This document shows positions 26,567-34,438 of a DNA stretch of 53,370 nt, one piece after another. Under the pieces are notes generated by a model, which saw only the letters and a list, made by a program, of their open reading frames with translations, was not told the DNA's origin and ran no database searches. The translations under genes and the position numbers were made by a program. Each line of letters begins with the position of its first letter. Positions within the stretch are counted from its first letter, which is position 1. Origin of the DNA: Eubacteriales bacterium (GTDB taxonomy: Bacteria; Bacillota; Clostridia; Oscillospirales; CAG-272); NCBI GenBank assembly GCA_045133915.1, contig JBGUUX010000070.1:1-53370 (forward strand), given 5' to 3'.

Positions 26567-28003
26567 TTATTTCTTTTTCTTTGCATCCTTTGCAGACTTA
26601 GCAACGATAGAGCCAAGTGCAACGAGAGCAAATGCGTTGGGGATTACCATTAAGTAGTTAAAGAAGTCTGTAAGCTCCCATACGAGATCGTTCTTAAGAA
26701 CAGAACCGAGGAATATGAAAGCTACGGATACAACGGAGTATACAACAACCGCTACCTTTGCATTCTTCTTAAAGAGGTACTGAACGTTGATCTTACCAAA
26801 GAAGTTCCAGCTGATGATGGTAGAGAATGCGAAGAAGAGCAGACATACTGCGATAAAGATAGTACCTACGTCTTCCATACCGGAGGGAAGAGCGGAGCTG
26901 AATGCCTTCTGCATAGCATCAGTCTTGGAAACTATTGCTGCATCGCCGGAGGTAGCTGAGATATAATCAGCACCGAACTTACCTGCAAGGATGCCACCCT
27001 TAGCATAAAGGGAAGAGATAACGACGAGGGCTGTCATGGTGAGAACGACAAAGGTATCGATAAACACACCGATCATAGCAACAACACCCTGATCGTGAGG
27101 CTTCTCTACGTTAGCCATTGCATGGGCGTGAGGTGTAGAACCCATACCTGCTTCGTTGGAGAAGAGACCTCTCTTTGCACCCTGGCTTACAGCGGTCTTG
27201 ATTGCTATACCAACAGCACCGCCGACGAGAGCATCAGGCTTAAACGCGTACTTAAAGATCATACCGAAGGTCTCGGGAATCTGCTTGAAGTTACAACCGA
27301 GAACGATGAAACCGCCGATGAGAAAGAGAACTGCCATTACGGGAACAAGCTTCTCTGTAACGGATGCTATTCTCTGGATACCGCCGATGAAGATAAAGGC
27401 TGCAGCAGCGGTTACTATAAGACCGATAACCCACGTAGGAATTACGGGGAATGCGTTGTTAAAGGATTCTGCAATAGAGTTTGACTGAACCATAGAGCCC
27501 ATGAAGCCAAGTGCAAGTGTAATAGCAACGGCAAAGAATACTGCAAGGAATTTACCGAAGTTACCCTTGAAAGCTTCCTTAATATAGTATACGGGACCGC
27601 CGTGTACGGCGCCGTCTTCGTCAACTTCTCTGGTCTTCTGTGCGAGAATTGCCTCTGCATAGATGGTAGACATACCGAGAAATGCGATAACCCACATCCA
27701 GAAGATAGCACCGGGACCACCTACAAGGATAGCGCCGGAAGCACCTACTATATTACCTGTACCAACCTGAGCTGCAACTGCGGTAGCAAGAGCCTGGAAG
27801 GATGAAAGACCGGACTTGTTCTTTTTACCTCTGAGAGAGATGCCTCCAAATACTCGCTTAAGACCTTCGCCGAAGCAACGTACCTGAACAAAGCGTGTTC
27901 TGACGGTGAAGTAAAGACCTACACCGATGAGCAGGATTATAAGGATATAATCCGCCAGATAACTGTTGATAGTCGCAACTATCTTTAAAAGTGTTTCCTG
28001 CAT
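26567..28003 (-). CDS. alanine/glycine:cation symporter (AGCS family)
   Basis: About 478 aa and polytopic, with the AGCS motifs SSFQALATAVAAQVGTGNIVG and GLFSNEAGMGS. ATG 28003 follows GGAGGC, and the track's TTG at 28015 lies in the terminator T-run just upstream of that RBS. Confidence 0.9.
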   Translation of the reverse strand: MQETLLKIVATINSYLADYILIILLIGVGLYFTVRTRFVQVRCFGEGLKRVFGGISLRGKKNKSGLSSFQALATAVAAQVGTGNIVGASGAILVGGPGAIFWMWVIAFLGMSTIYAEAILAQKTREVDEDGAVHGGPVYYIKEAFKGNFGKFLAVFFAVAITLALGFMGSMVQSNSIAESFNNAFPVIPTWVIGLIVTAAAAFIFIGGIQRIASVTEKLVPVMAVLFLIGGFIVLGCNFKQIPETFGMIFKYAFKPDALVGGAVGIAIKTAVSQGAKRGLFSNEAGMGSTPHAHAMANVEKPHDQGVVAMIGVFIDTFVVLTMTALVVISSLYAKGGILAGKFGADYISATSGDAAIVSKTDAMQKAFSSALPSGMEDVGTIFIAVCLLFFAFSTIISWNFFGKINVQYLFKKNAKVAVVVYSVVSVAFIFLGSVLKNDLVWELTDFFNYLMVIPNAFALVALGSIVAKSAKDAKKKK

Positions 28004-28013
28004 AAATGCCTCC

Positions 28014-28500
28014 AAAAAAAATAAAAGTTGCTAATAATAGCAACTCCGGAAAAACAGCATATAATTCTACTATATACTAACTCTATCCTTTTGCCTGAGA
28101 GATTCGGATCTGATAATAATTATTACCGTCACCTTGCACCTTCGGCACTCAGTTTAAGTTGAGAAGATTCGAATTATCACGGTTTTATGCGGCTGATAAC
28201 TGCCATCTCATTGTCAGCGATCTAGTCAATATCGCCTATATTGCCGTCAATCGCTTCCGCAATCTGACAGCTATCAGCCCGCCTAAAACTGTATAGCACA
28301 TTCGGACGAGAGATTTTTGAGAAAGTTTAGTCGGCGAAGTCCGCAGGCTTACTTGGATGCAAGTCAAGGACGAGACGGCTGAAATAGCCTAAAATCTCCG
28401 TCCTAATGCGTGACAATTCGATTCTTCTCAACTTACGAGATTCTCCAGAGTTTCCTCCACCTTCAGTCATCCTAAAGGTTTCACAGGAATTATTAACTTG
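28014..28500 (-). promoter_or_regulatory. glycine riboswitch leader: one complete aptamer with a greatly expanded P2, plus an intrinsic terminator
   Basis: The minus strand carries CTCTGGAGAA (28450-28441), TGCCGAAGGTGCAA (28147-28134), AATCTCTCAGGCAAAAGGATAGAG (28104-28081), and the hairpin AGTTGCTATTATTAGCAACT (28045-28026) plus a U-run. The downstream gene class is a classic glycine-riboswitch target. Confidence 0.75.
28155..28435 (-). other. 281-nt structured insertion nested in riboswitch P2 (26-nt inverted arms plus a 229-nt multi-helix core)
   Basis: Arms 28155-28180 and 28410-28435 are complementary at 24 of 26 positions, plus one G:U on the minus strand. Internal helices pair 28189-28205 with 28265-28282 and 28304-28317 with 28391-28403. 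No ORF. Confidence 0.7.
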
Positions 28501-28506
28501 GGCATG

Positions 28507-28535
28507 AGTATATCACAGTAAAACAAAAAAATCAA
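28507..28535 (-). promoter_or_regulatory. candidate promoter of the riboswitch leader (TTGATT, 17 nt spacer, TGaTATACT)
   Basis: Reverse strand: -35 at 28535-28530 and an extended -10 at 28512-28507. Confidence 0.5.
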
Positions 28536-28554
28536 TACTTTTTGTCAAAAAAGT

Positions 28555-28583
28555 TTGAATTTTTTTAATTTTTATGTTACAAT
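28555..28583 (+). promoter_or_regulatory. candidate promoter of the MgtC-family gene (TTGAAT, 17 nt spacer, TGtTACAAT)
   Basis: -35 at 28555-28560 and an extended -10 at 28578-28583. Divergent from the riboswitch promoter. Confidence 0.5.
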
Positions 28584-28607
28584 ATAAAAAACTAAAAAGA
28601 GGGCAGT

Positions 28608-29300
28608 ATGGAAATAATAAATTGGTTTCGTGAATTTAATATATATACCGCTTTTATAAGGCTTGCACTTGCCTTTGTGCTTGCGGGTATCGTAGGCTTT
28701 GAGCGAGAAAAAAAGGGACATGCGGCAGGTCTCAGAACGCATATACTTGTGTGTATGGGGGCGGCGTTGACCGTTCTGACCGGTATTTTTTGTGCGGATA
28801 CTCTTGGCTTTGGTTCGGATCCCATGCGTGTAGGAGCGCAGGTGGTATCCGGCATAGGTTTTATCGGTGCGGGCAGTATTATGGTCACCAGGGGTACTCA
28901 CGTTCGCGGATTAACAACTGCAGCAGGTCTTTGGAGTACGGCGGCAATAGGACTGGCGTTAGGCGCCGGATTTTACGAGGGTGCTATAGTATGTACCTTA
29001 TTTATATCGATAGTAATATCCCGTCTCAAGGGGTTGGATCATTTACTTAACAGAAAAAAGAAGTATATCGCAGTATATATTGAGATCCACGGTACACAGA
29101 ACGTAAATTTTGTGTTGGATGAGATCAACCGTCAGGGCCTTGGAATATACGAAGCGGATATTACCGCTCCCAAGAGTTCTAATCTTAACAACGTGGGTGT
29201 TAGCTTTGAACTCTATTCTAAAAATAAGGAAAAATTAACAGATAAGGAAGTAACACAACTTATACTGGGTATCGATAATGTAGAGATCGTACTCATATAA
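28608..29300 (+). CDS. mgtC: MgtC/SapB family membrane protein
   Basis: 230 aa with [36 protein letters not shown], typical of the MgtC N-terminal domain, plus a soluble C-terminal domain. Confidence 0.8.
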   Translation: MEIINWFREFNIYTAFIRLALAFVLAGIVGFEREKKGHAAGLRTHILVCMGAALTVLTGIFCADTLGFGSDPMRVGAQVVSGIGFIGAGSIMVTRGTHVRGLTTAAGLWSTAAIGLALGAGFYEGAIVCTLFISIVISRLKGLDHLLNRKKKYIAVYIEIHGTQNVNFVLDEINRQGLGIYEADITAPKSSNLNNVGVSFELYSKNKEKLTDKEVTQLILGIDNVEIVLI

Positions 29301-29320
29301 GGACAAGCAGGAGGTTATTT

Positions 29321-30046
29321 ATGTTTGATGCAATTAATGTTAAAAATCAGTGTGTAGAGTGGATCAGAAATTTCTTTGAGGAAAACGGCAAGGGCTGTAA
29401 CGCAGTTATCGGTATATCCGGCGGCAAGGACTCTTCAGTAGCTGCAGCGCTTTGCGCAGAAGCGTTAGGTACGGACAGAGTTATAGGCGTACTCATGCCC
29501 AAGGGAGAACAGTTTGATATAGATATGGCGTATCTGCTCTGCGATCACCTGGGTATAAAGAGATATGAAGTAAATATAAAAGCGGCTGTAGAAGGATTGC
29601 TTGGCGCTATGCCTGCTGATCTTGAGCTTTCAAATCAGTCTATGGTAAATCTTCCTCCCCGTATACGTATGGCTACCCTTTACGCAGTTTCACAGTCTGT
29701 CAACGGCAGAGTTTGCAATACCTGCAATCTTTCCGAGGACTGGGTAGGCTATTCTACCCGTTACGGCGATGCCGCGGGAGATTTCAGCCCCATGTGCTTT
29801 ATGACGGTGCAGGAGGTCAAGGAGGTAGGACGAGTTCTCGGTCTGCCCGACGTTCTTGTGGACAAGACCCCCATTGACGGTCTTTGCGGTAAGACCGACG
29901 AGGATAACCTTGGCTTTACCTATGCAGAGCTTGACCGATATATCAGAACAGGTCAGATCGAGGATCAGGCAAAGAAGGAGCGTATCGACTATCTCCACCG
30001 TATCAATCAGTTCAAGCTGCAGATGATGCCCATGTTTAAGTTCTGA
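29321..30046 (+). CDS. nadE: ammonia-dependent NAD+ synthetase
   Basis: 241 aa with the PP-loop GISGGKDSSVAAAL and the conserved FTYAELDRY region. Confidence 0.85.
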   Translation: MFDAINVKNQCVEWIRNFFEENGKGCNAVIGISGGKDSSVAAALCAEALGTDRVIGVLMPKGEQFDIDMAYLLCDHLGIKRYEVNIKAAVEGLLGAMPADLELSNQSMVNLPPRIRMATLYAVSQSVNGRVCNTCNLSEDWVGYSTRYGDAAGDFSPMCFMTVQEVKEVGRVLGLPDVLVDKTPIDGLCGKTDEDNLGFTYAELDRYIRTGQIEDQAKKERIDYLHRINQFKLQMMPMFKF

Positions 30047-30205
30047 GACGAAATTTAACTATATATGCAATTTATGTAGTAATTTGAATCGTTCAACTGT
30101 ACTTAGTTATGAAAACCAACATTAACCACAGCCAATATATGTCATATTATTGATTTATTCATATATTTATGTTATACTATTGGCAATAAAGCACTAAACG
30201 GAGGT

Positions 30206-31693
30206 ATGAAAATGAAGAAATTAAGTGCAATTTTATTAACAGCGTGCATGCTCGTTACATCACTTGCTATGTTTGTAAACGCGAGCCCCCACGGTATCAT
30301 CGAAAACGATCCCGTTTCTGTTCCTACCGCAACTCCTACTGTTGACGGTGTGATCGATGCAGGTGACGGTTGGTCCGAACCCGCAAAGATGGACTACGAT
30401 ACCTGCGGCTTCTTCTGGCAGCAGAATCCTATGTCTTCTAAGGCTGATCTCTACTTCGCATACGACGAAGAGGGTCTCTACTATGCAGCAGACATTACCG
30501 AAGGTCTTGAGTGTGTACACGAGATCACCGGTGAGGATATGACCGGTAGAAACAAGTTCCTGTACTCCACAGGTGAAGACTGGATCGACGTAAACGCAGA
30601 TGATCCCACCGAGCATTACGGTTATGACGGCGACGTATTCGGTCTCCTCGTTGACCCCGCTGAGGGTATGCTCAACGGCGGTTTCTCCTCTGACTATACT
30701 CCTTGGTATCTCGTTGGTCTCTTTGAAGGCGAAAACGGTGACGTTGCCAAGATGTACAGACAGAAGATCAATCAGGGCGATATTACCGAAGAAGAGGGCG
30801 TTGAGGTTGCAGGTGCTAAGACCGAGAACGGTTGGCGCTTTGAAGCTAAGATTGCTTGGGATATCATCATTGCAGATATCGAAAGCATTACATACGGTGA
30901 TGTAGTTCTTACCGTTGACGATATTATCGCAAACGGCGCTATCTCCAAGGTAGCAGGTATGTATCAGGACAGATTCTATGATGAAGAAGCAGGCGAAGTT
31001 GCAACATGGGGCCGTTACGTAACCGCTCCCGAGTCTCAGGCAGACGGTACACCCGGTCATATGGGTTCCGGTGACCTTGTTTGCTCCTGCGGTATCACTC
31101 TCGTAGCAGGCAGCGGCGTTTATGAAAATCCTTTCACCGACGTTAAGGATAACCACTGGTTTGCAGAGTCTGTTAAGTACTGTGTACAGAAGGGTTATGC
31201 TTCCGGTATGACCGCTACAACATTTGTTCCTAACGGTATACTTACCAGAGCTCAGTTCCTTACTCTCCTTGCTAAGCTTGACGGTGTTGATCTTGAGCAG
31301 TATGCTACAACAGACGCAGGTTTTGAAGACGTTAAGGTTGCTCATTGGTACAACAAGGTTGTATGCTGGGCGGTTGAAAAGGAACTTACTGCAGGTCTTA
31401 CACCTACTACATTTGGTCCTAACAATTCCGTAACCAGAGCGCAGGTTGCAAGATTCCTTTACGTATATTCCGAGAAGAACGGTATTGACGTTTCCGGCAA
31501 GGCTGATATCTCCGTATATCCCGATGCATCTAAGGTTGCTAACTGGGCACAGGATGCTATAGCATGGGCGGTTGACGCAGGCGTTATCGGCGGTGTTAAG
31601 AAGGACGACGTTAACTATCTTGAGCCCAACGGTACAGCAACAAGAGCTCAGGCTACCGTAATGTTCAAGGCTTTTGACGCATTTAGAAAATAA
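30206..31693 (+). CDS. secreted protein with an N-terminal carbohydrate-binding-like (CBM9/DOMON-like, tentative) domain and three C-terminal SLH repeats
   Basis: Signal peptide. SLH repeats FTDVKDNHWFAESVKY, FEDVKVAHWYNKVVCW and YPDASKVANWAQDAIAW, each followed by the TRAQ motif. Confidence 0.75.
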   Translation: MKMKKLSAILLTACMLVTSLAMFVNASPHGIIENDPVSVPTATPTVDGVIDAGDGWSEPAKMDYDTCGFFWQQNPMSSKADLYFAYDEEGLYYAADITEGLECVHEITGEDMTGRNKFLYSTGEDWIDVNADDPTEHYGYDGDVFGLLVDPAEGMLNGGFSSDYTPWYLVGLFEGENGDVAKMYRQKINQGDITEEEGVEVAGAKTENGWRFEAKIAWDIIIADIESITYGDVVLTVDDIIANGAISKVAGMYQDRFYDEEAGEVATWGRYVTAPESQADGTPGHMGSGDLVCSCGITLVAGSGVYENPFTDVKDNHWFAESVKYCVQKGYASGMTATTFVPNGILTRAQFLTLLAKLDGVDLEQYATTDAGFEDVKVAHWYNKVVCWAVEKELTAGLTPTTFGPNNSVTRAQVARFLYVYSEKNGIDVSGKADISVYPDASKVANWAQDAIAWAVDAGVIGGVKKDDVNYLEPNGTATRAQATVMFKAFDAFRK

Positions 31694-31770
31694 GCAGCGC
31701 GGCGCTGCATCCAAACTGCGCTCCATTGCTTTGTGATTCAATTCACACAGAATATCGAATCCTAAACTAT
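31694..31770 (+). repeat. stop-codon-abutting repeat element, copy E3 (divergent; outer boundary approximate)
   Basis: TAA-GCAGCGCGGCGCTGC-ATCCAAACTGCGCTCC...TTCAATTCACACAGAAT. It shares ACTGCGCT and TTCAATTCACAC(A/C)GAAT with the copy at 43305-43383. Confidence 0.6.
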
Positions 31771-31775
31771 AAAAC

Positions 31776-31806
31776 ACAAAAAGGTTCGCTTCGGCGAACC
31801 TTTTTC
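31776..31806. terminator. bidirectional intrinsic terminator
   Basis: AAAAAGGTTCGC-TTCG-GCGAACCTTTTT. Confidence 0.9.
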
Positions 31807-31807
31807 A

Positions 31808-31894
31808 ATGTATAGGAATTTGCGATGTGGCGTGTGATAAGTAATCGTTGGTTACTTAGCCTCATAGCGCAGTTCGGGTGGGGCAACTTGCCCC
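31808..31894 (-). repeat. stop-codon-abutting repeat element, copy E2
   Basis: The minus strand reads TAG-GGGCAAGTTGCCCC-ACCCGAACTGCGCTATGAGG-CTAAGTAACCAACGATTACTTAT-CACACGCCACATCGCAAATTCCTATACAT. The hairpin shares one nucleotide with the stop codon. Confidence 0.8.
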
Positions 31895-33069
31895 TAGTTA
31901 ATTTTACGTGCTTCACAATAGTAACGTTTGCTTTCGGCCTCACCCATAGAGAAGGTCTTACGGGGAAGTGATCCCTTGCTTGAAACAAAGGGGAAGAGCT
32001 CGCCCTTATCCATTCCATCAAAGATAAGACCGATACGGCCGTCTTCTTTACAGAGCGAAAGTGTAGACTCGATGCCGTGGATATAGTCGCATACCACCTC
32101 GGGATTTTCCTTGATATAGTTGTCGATAAAGGGTTGCAGCGAACCTACGGTAAGTCCGCTTGTATAAACCTCACCTTCGTTATTCTTTGTATACCACTTG
32201 ACGGTCTTGGGACCCTCGGTAAACTCGGCGTTCAGTTTTGTTATAAAATCCTCTGTATCAACGTTAAAGAGCACACGGTATATAGGCTCAAACTCAAGAG
32301 CCTCGTCGTGGACATTTACAACCTCTACAAGAGCATATCTGTTAAGCTCGTTGGGGGCGCTCAGATAACAGGTACGGGCAGTAGCAAGAGAGTGATTTCC
32401 GTCGCCAACTGCAAAGAGCAGAGGTTCATCACCTGCTTTTTCCTTAAGAGAGGATATAGCATTAAGTATGTTATCCTGAATTTCCTTTGGAATGAGTGAG
32501 CCTTTAAGATGTCCACCGCCCTGCATGAGCTCAAAATCGTAGAGTACGGTAAGCTCTGCATTTTTCAAAGGTTCGATAACTGTTCTTTCGATATCGTCTA
32601 TAAGGAGCATAATATGCGGCAGCTCCAAGGGGGCATTGCGGCGAACCTCAACACGGGGTGGAATGCGTTCAAGCACGGTACCTTCGGTTGCTCTGATAAG
32701 CGATTTTGACCCGACTGAAAAATCGTATTCCTTAAGGTCAACTGCGCCTATGATACCGTAGCGAACCTTACCCTTGGGCAGAGTTCGTTCCACAAATATC
32801 ATTGCATCTTTATATTCCTTAAAAATACCGTCATTAAGGTAATCGGTCATTGTACGATTGATAGCGTCGGTTTTTTCTGCGTTATCCTTTGATAAAAAGG
32901 CTTCGGGAAGTACCATATTAAAGGCAGAAGGTGCATCGCCGACTATTTCTGCGGTTTTATGCCAGTACTCAGGTTCACTTGTAAACTGATCACAGGCCAC
33001 GACAGACCATTTGTTATATTCACATTTAGGCAGAAGTATATCTGCGGGATAAAAGGCTGTATTATTCAT
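31894..33069 (-). CDS. DUF1015-like conserved hypothetical protein
   Basis: 391 aa. The layout and the motifs VVACDQFTSEPEYW, IRATEGTVLERIPPRVEVRR and AVGDGNHSLATAR resemble DUF1015 as I recall it. Not verified. Confidence 0.45.
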   Translation of the reverse strand: MNNTAFYPADILLPKCEYNKWSVVACDQFTSEPEYWHKTAEIVGDAPSAFNMVLPEAFLSKDNAEKTDAINRTMTDYLNDGIFKEYKDAMIFVERTLPKGKVRYGIIGAVDLKEYDFSVGSKSLIRATEGTVLERIPPRVEVRRNAPLELPHIMLLIDDIERTVIEPLKNAELTVLYDFELMQGGGHLKGSLIPKEIQDNILNAISSLKEKAGDEPLLFAVGDGNHSLATARTCYLSAPNELNRYALVEVVNVHDEALEFEPIYRVLFNVDTEDFITKLNAEFTEGPKTVKWYTKNNEGEVYTSGLTVGSLQPFIDNYIKENPEVVCDYIHGIESTLSLCKEDGRIGLIFDGMDKGELFPFVSSKGSLPRKTFSMGEAESKRYYCEARKIN

Positions 33070-33133
33070 ATTATTTCCTTTCGGTGTTATACAGTTATTC
33101 TATCATATTGACACCTACTTTTCAAGATGTTTA

Positions 33134-33162
33134 TTGACATTGCGATCTTTATATTGTAAAAT
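33134..33162 (+). promoter_or_regulatory. candidate promoter (TTGACA, 17 nt spacer, TGTAAAAT)
   Basis: -35 at 33134-33139 and an extended -10 at 33157-33162. Confidence 0.55.
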
Positions 33163-33180
33163 GGTATATACGGAGGAATA

Positions 33181-34410
33181 ATGATGAAACGTATAATTTC
33201 CTGTATTTTAATTATTGTTATTATGTCGGCTTTTGCCGTAAATATATCCGCATTCAGCTATACACAGATAGCAAGTGAGAGCGAATGGCAACTCCTTGAT
33301 CTGATCAACAGACAGCGTAGGGAAGCTGCTACTATGTTTATTTCGCTTCAGGATGCGGCTCACACAAGATCAAACGAGCTTTTAGCTGAGCTTTCTCATT
33401 ACAGACCCGACGGAGATCCCTGGTATACAGTGCTTACCGACAAGGGCGTTGGATATGACACCGAGAGCTTTGAGATAATCGGTGCAAATTTCGGTACTCC
33501 TAAGGCCTTTCTTGATGCGGTGCTTAAATCTGATATGAAGGACAAGCTCTTAAACGGCGGTGTTCATATAGGTGTGGGACATACCTCTGCCGCAGGCGCA
33601 AAGAACTCAGATGCTTGGTGCATCATTGGCGTAAGCTGTAAGGGTATCAGTGCAATATCCCTTCATTATGATGATATTCATCTTACCGCAGGCGGTAACT
33701 TATCTACGGTTGACGCTACCGTTGAGGCAGAATGTGAGCATACACGTTCCTACATGAAGCTGCTTCCCAATATGATAAGCGGTTACGATAATTCCAAAAT
33801 AGGCACTCAGATATTAAAGGCTGCTTATAAGGGTAAAAGTGCAGAGCTTGTAATAACCAACGACTATAAGGACGTTAAGCCGGGTGTATGGTATTACAGT
33901 CCTATAATGAACTGTACAGCACAGGGCTATTATTCGGGTGTAGGTAACGGTAATTTCAATCCCTCGGGACAGATGACAAGAGAGATGTTTGTAACAGTAT
34001 TAGGTAGGCTTGCGGATATAGACGTTACAAAATATACCGGTACAAGCTTTGGTGACGTAAAGAGCGACCGTTGGTCTGCTCCCTATATCAAATGGGCGTC
34101 GGATAACGGTATTGTATCGGGATATAACGACGGCAGCTTTGCTCCTACAAAGGGAATAACCCGACAGGAAATGTGTTCCGTGGTCAAGCGCTATCTTGAT
34201 AAGTATGATATAACAATAGAGCAGACAAACGCCGAAAAAGACTTTACAGACAGTAATATGATAGCCTCCTGGGCAAAGGAAGCTGTAAGCTACTGTCAGA
34301 CAAGGGGTATAATCTCAGGCGACGCTAAGGGCGCGTTTAACCCGTCTAAAACGGCTACCCGCGCCGAGGTTGCGGTGATAATAACAAATCTGGATAACAA
34401 AATAAAATGA
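33181..34410 (+). CDS. secreted CAP/SCP-like domain protein with C-terminal SLH repeats
   Basis: Signal peptide. N-terminal region resembling the bacterial SCP/CAP domain (ELLDLINRQRRE...HIGVGH). SLH repeats YKDVKPGVWYYSPI, FGDVKSDRWSAPYIKW and FTDSNMIASWAKEAVSY. Confidence 0.7.
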   Translation: MMKRIISCILIIVIMSAFAVNISAFSYTQIASESEWQLLDLINRQRREAATMFISLQDAAHTRSNELLAELSHYRPDGDPWYTVLTDKGVGYDTESFEIIGANFGTPKAFLDAVLKSDMKDKLLNGGVHIGVGHTSAAGAKNSDAWCIIGVSCKGISAISLHYDDIHLTAGGNLSTVDATVEAECEHTRSYMKLLPNMISGYDNSKIGTQILKAAYKGKSAELVITNDYKDVKPGVWYYSPIMNCTAQGYYSGVGNGNFNPSGQMTREMFVTVLGRLADIDVTKYTGTSFGDVKSDRWSAPYIKWASDNGIVSGYNDGSFAPTKGITRQEMCSVVKRYLDKYDITIEQTNAEKDFTDSNMIASWAKEAVSYCQTRGIISGDAKGAFNPSKTATRAEVAVIITNLDNKIK

Positions 34411-34438
34411 GCAGTCATATGACTGCTCATTATTTTTA
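34408..34438. terminator. bidirectional intrinsic terminator overlapping both stop codons
   Basis: TGAGCAGTCA-TA-TGACTGCTCA followed by TTATTTTTA. Confidence 0.8.

Noticed and set aside
28268-28290. CCCGCCTAA on the + strand, resembling the twister-ribozyme cleavage-site context (CCGCCUAA)
   Set aside because: The other conserved twister elements (AAGC..CCC loops, a GGGCGG closing strand, pseudoknot partners) are not present. The CCCGCC segment is already consumed by a long helix, and the G:U pattern favours the opposite strand.
28572-28901. 109-aa and 98-aa ORFs on the - strand, next to the riboswitch promoter
   Set aside because: They are antisense to the MgtC-family gene, which has clear family motifs. 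They begin inside it and have no RBS.
30260-31777. 505-aa ORF on the - strand
   Set aside because: It is in-register antisense to the SLH protein gene (30206-31693). It has no motifs and extends into the intergenic repeat. It is a shadow ORF.
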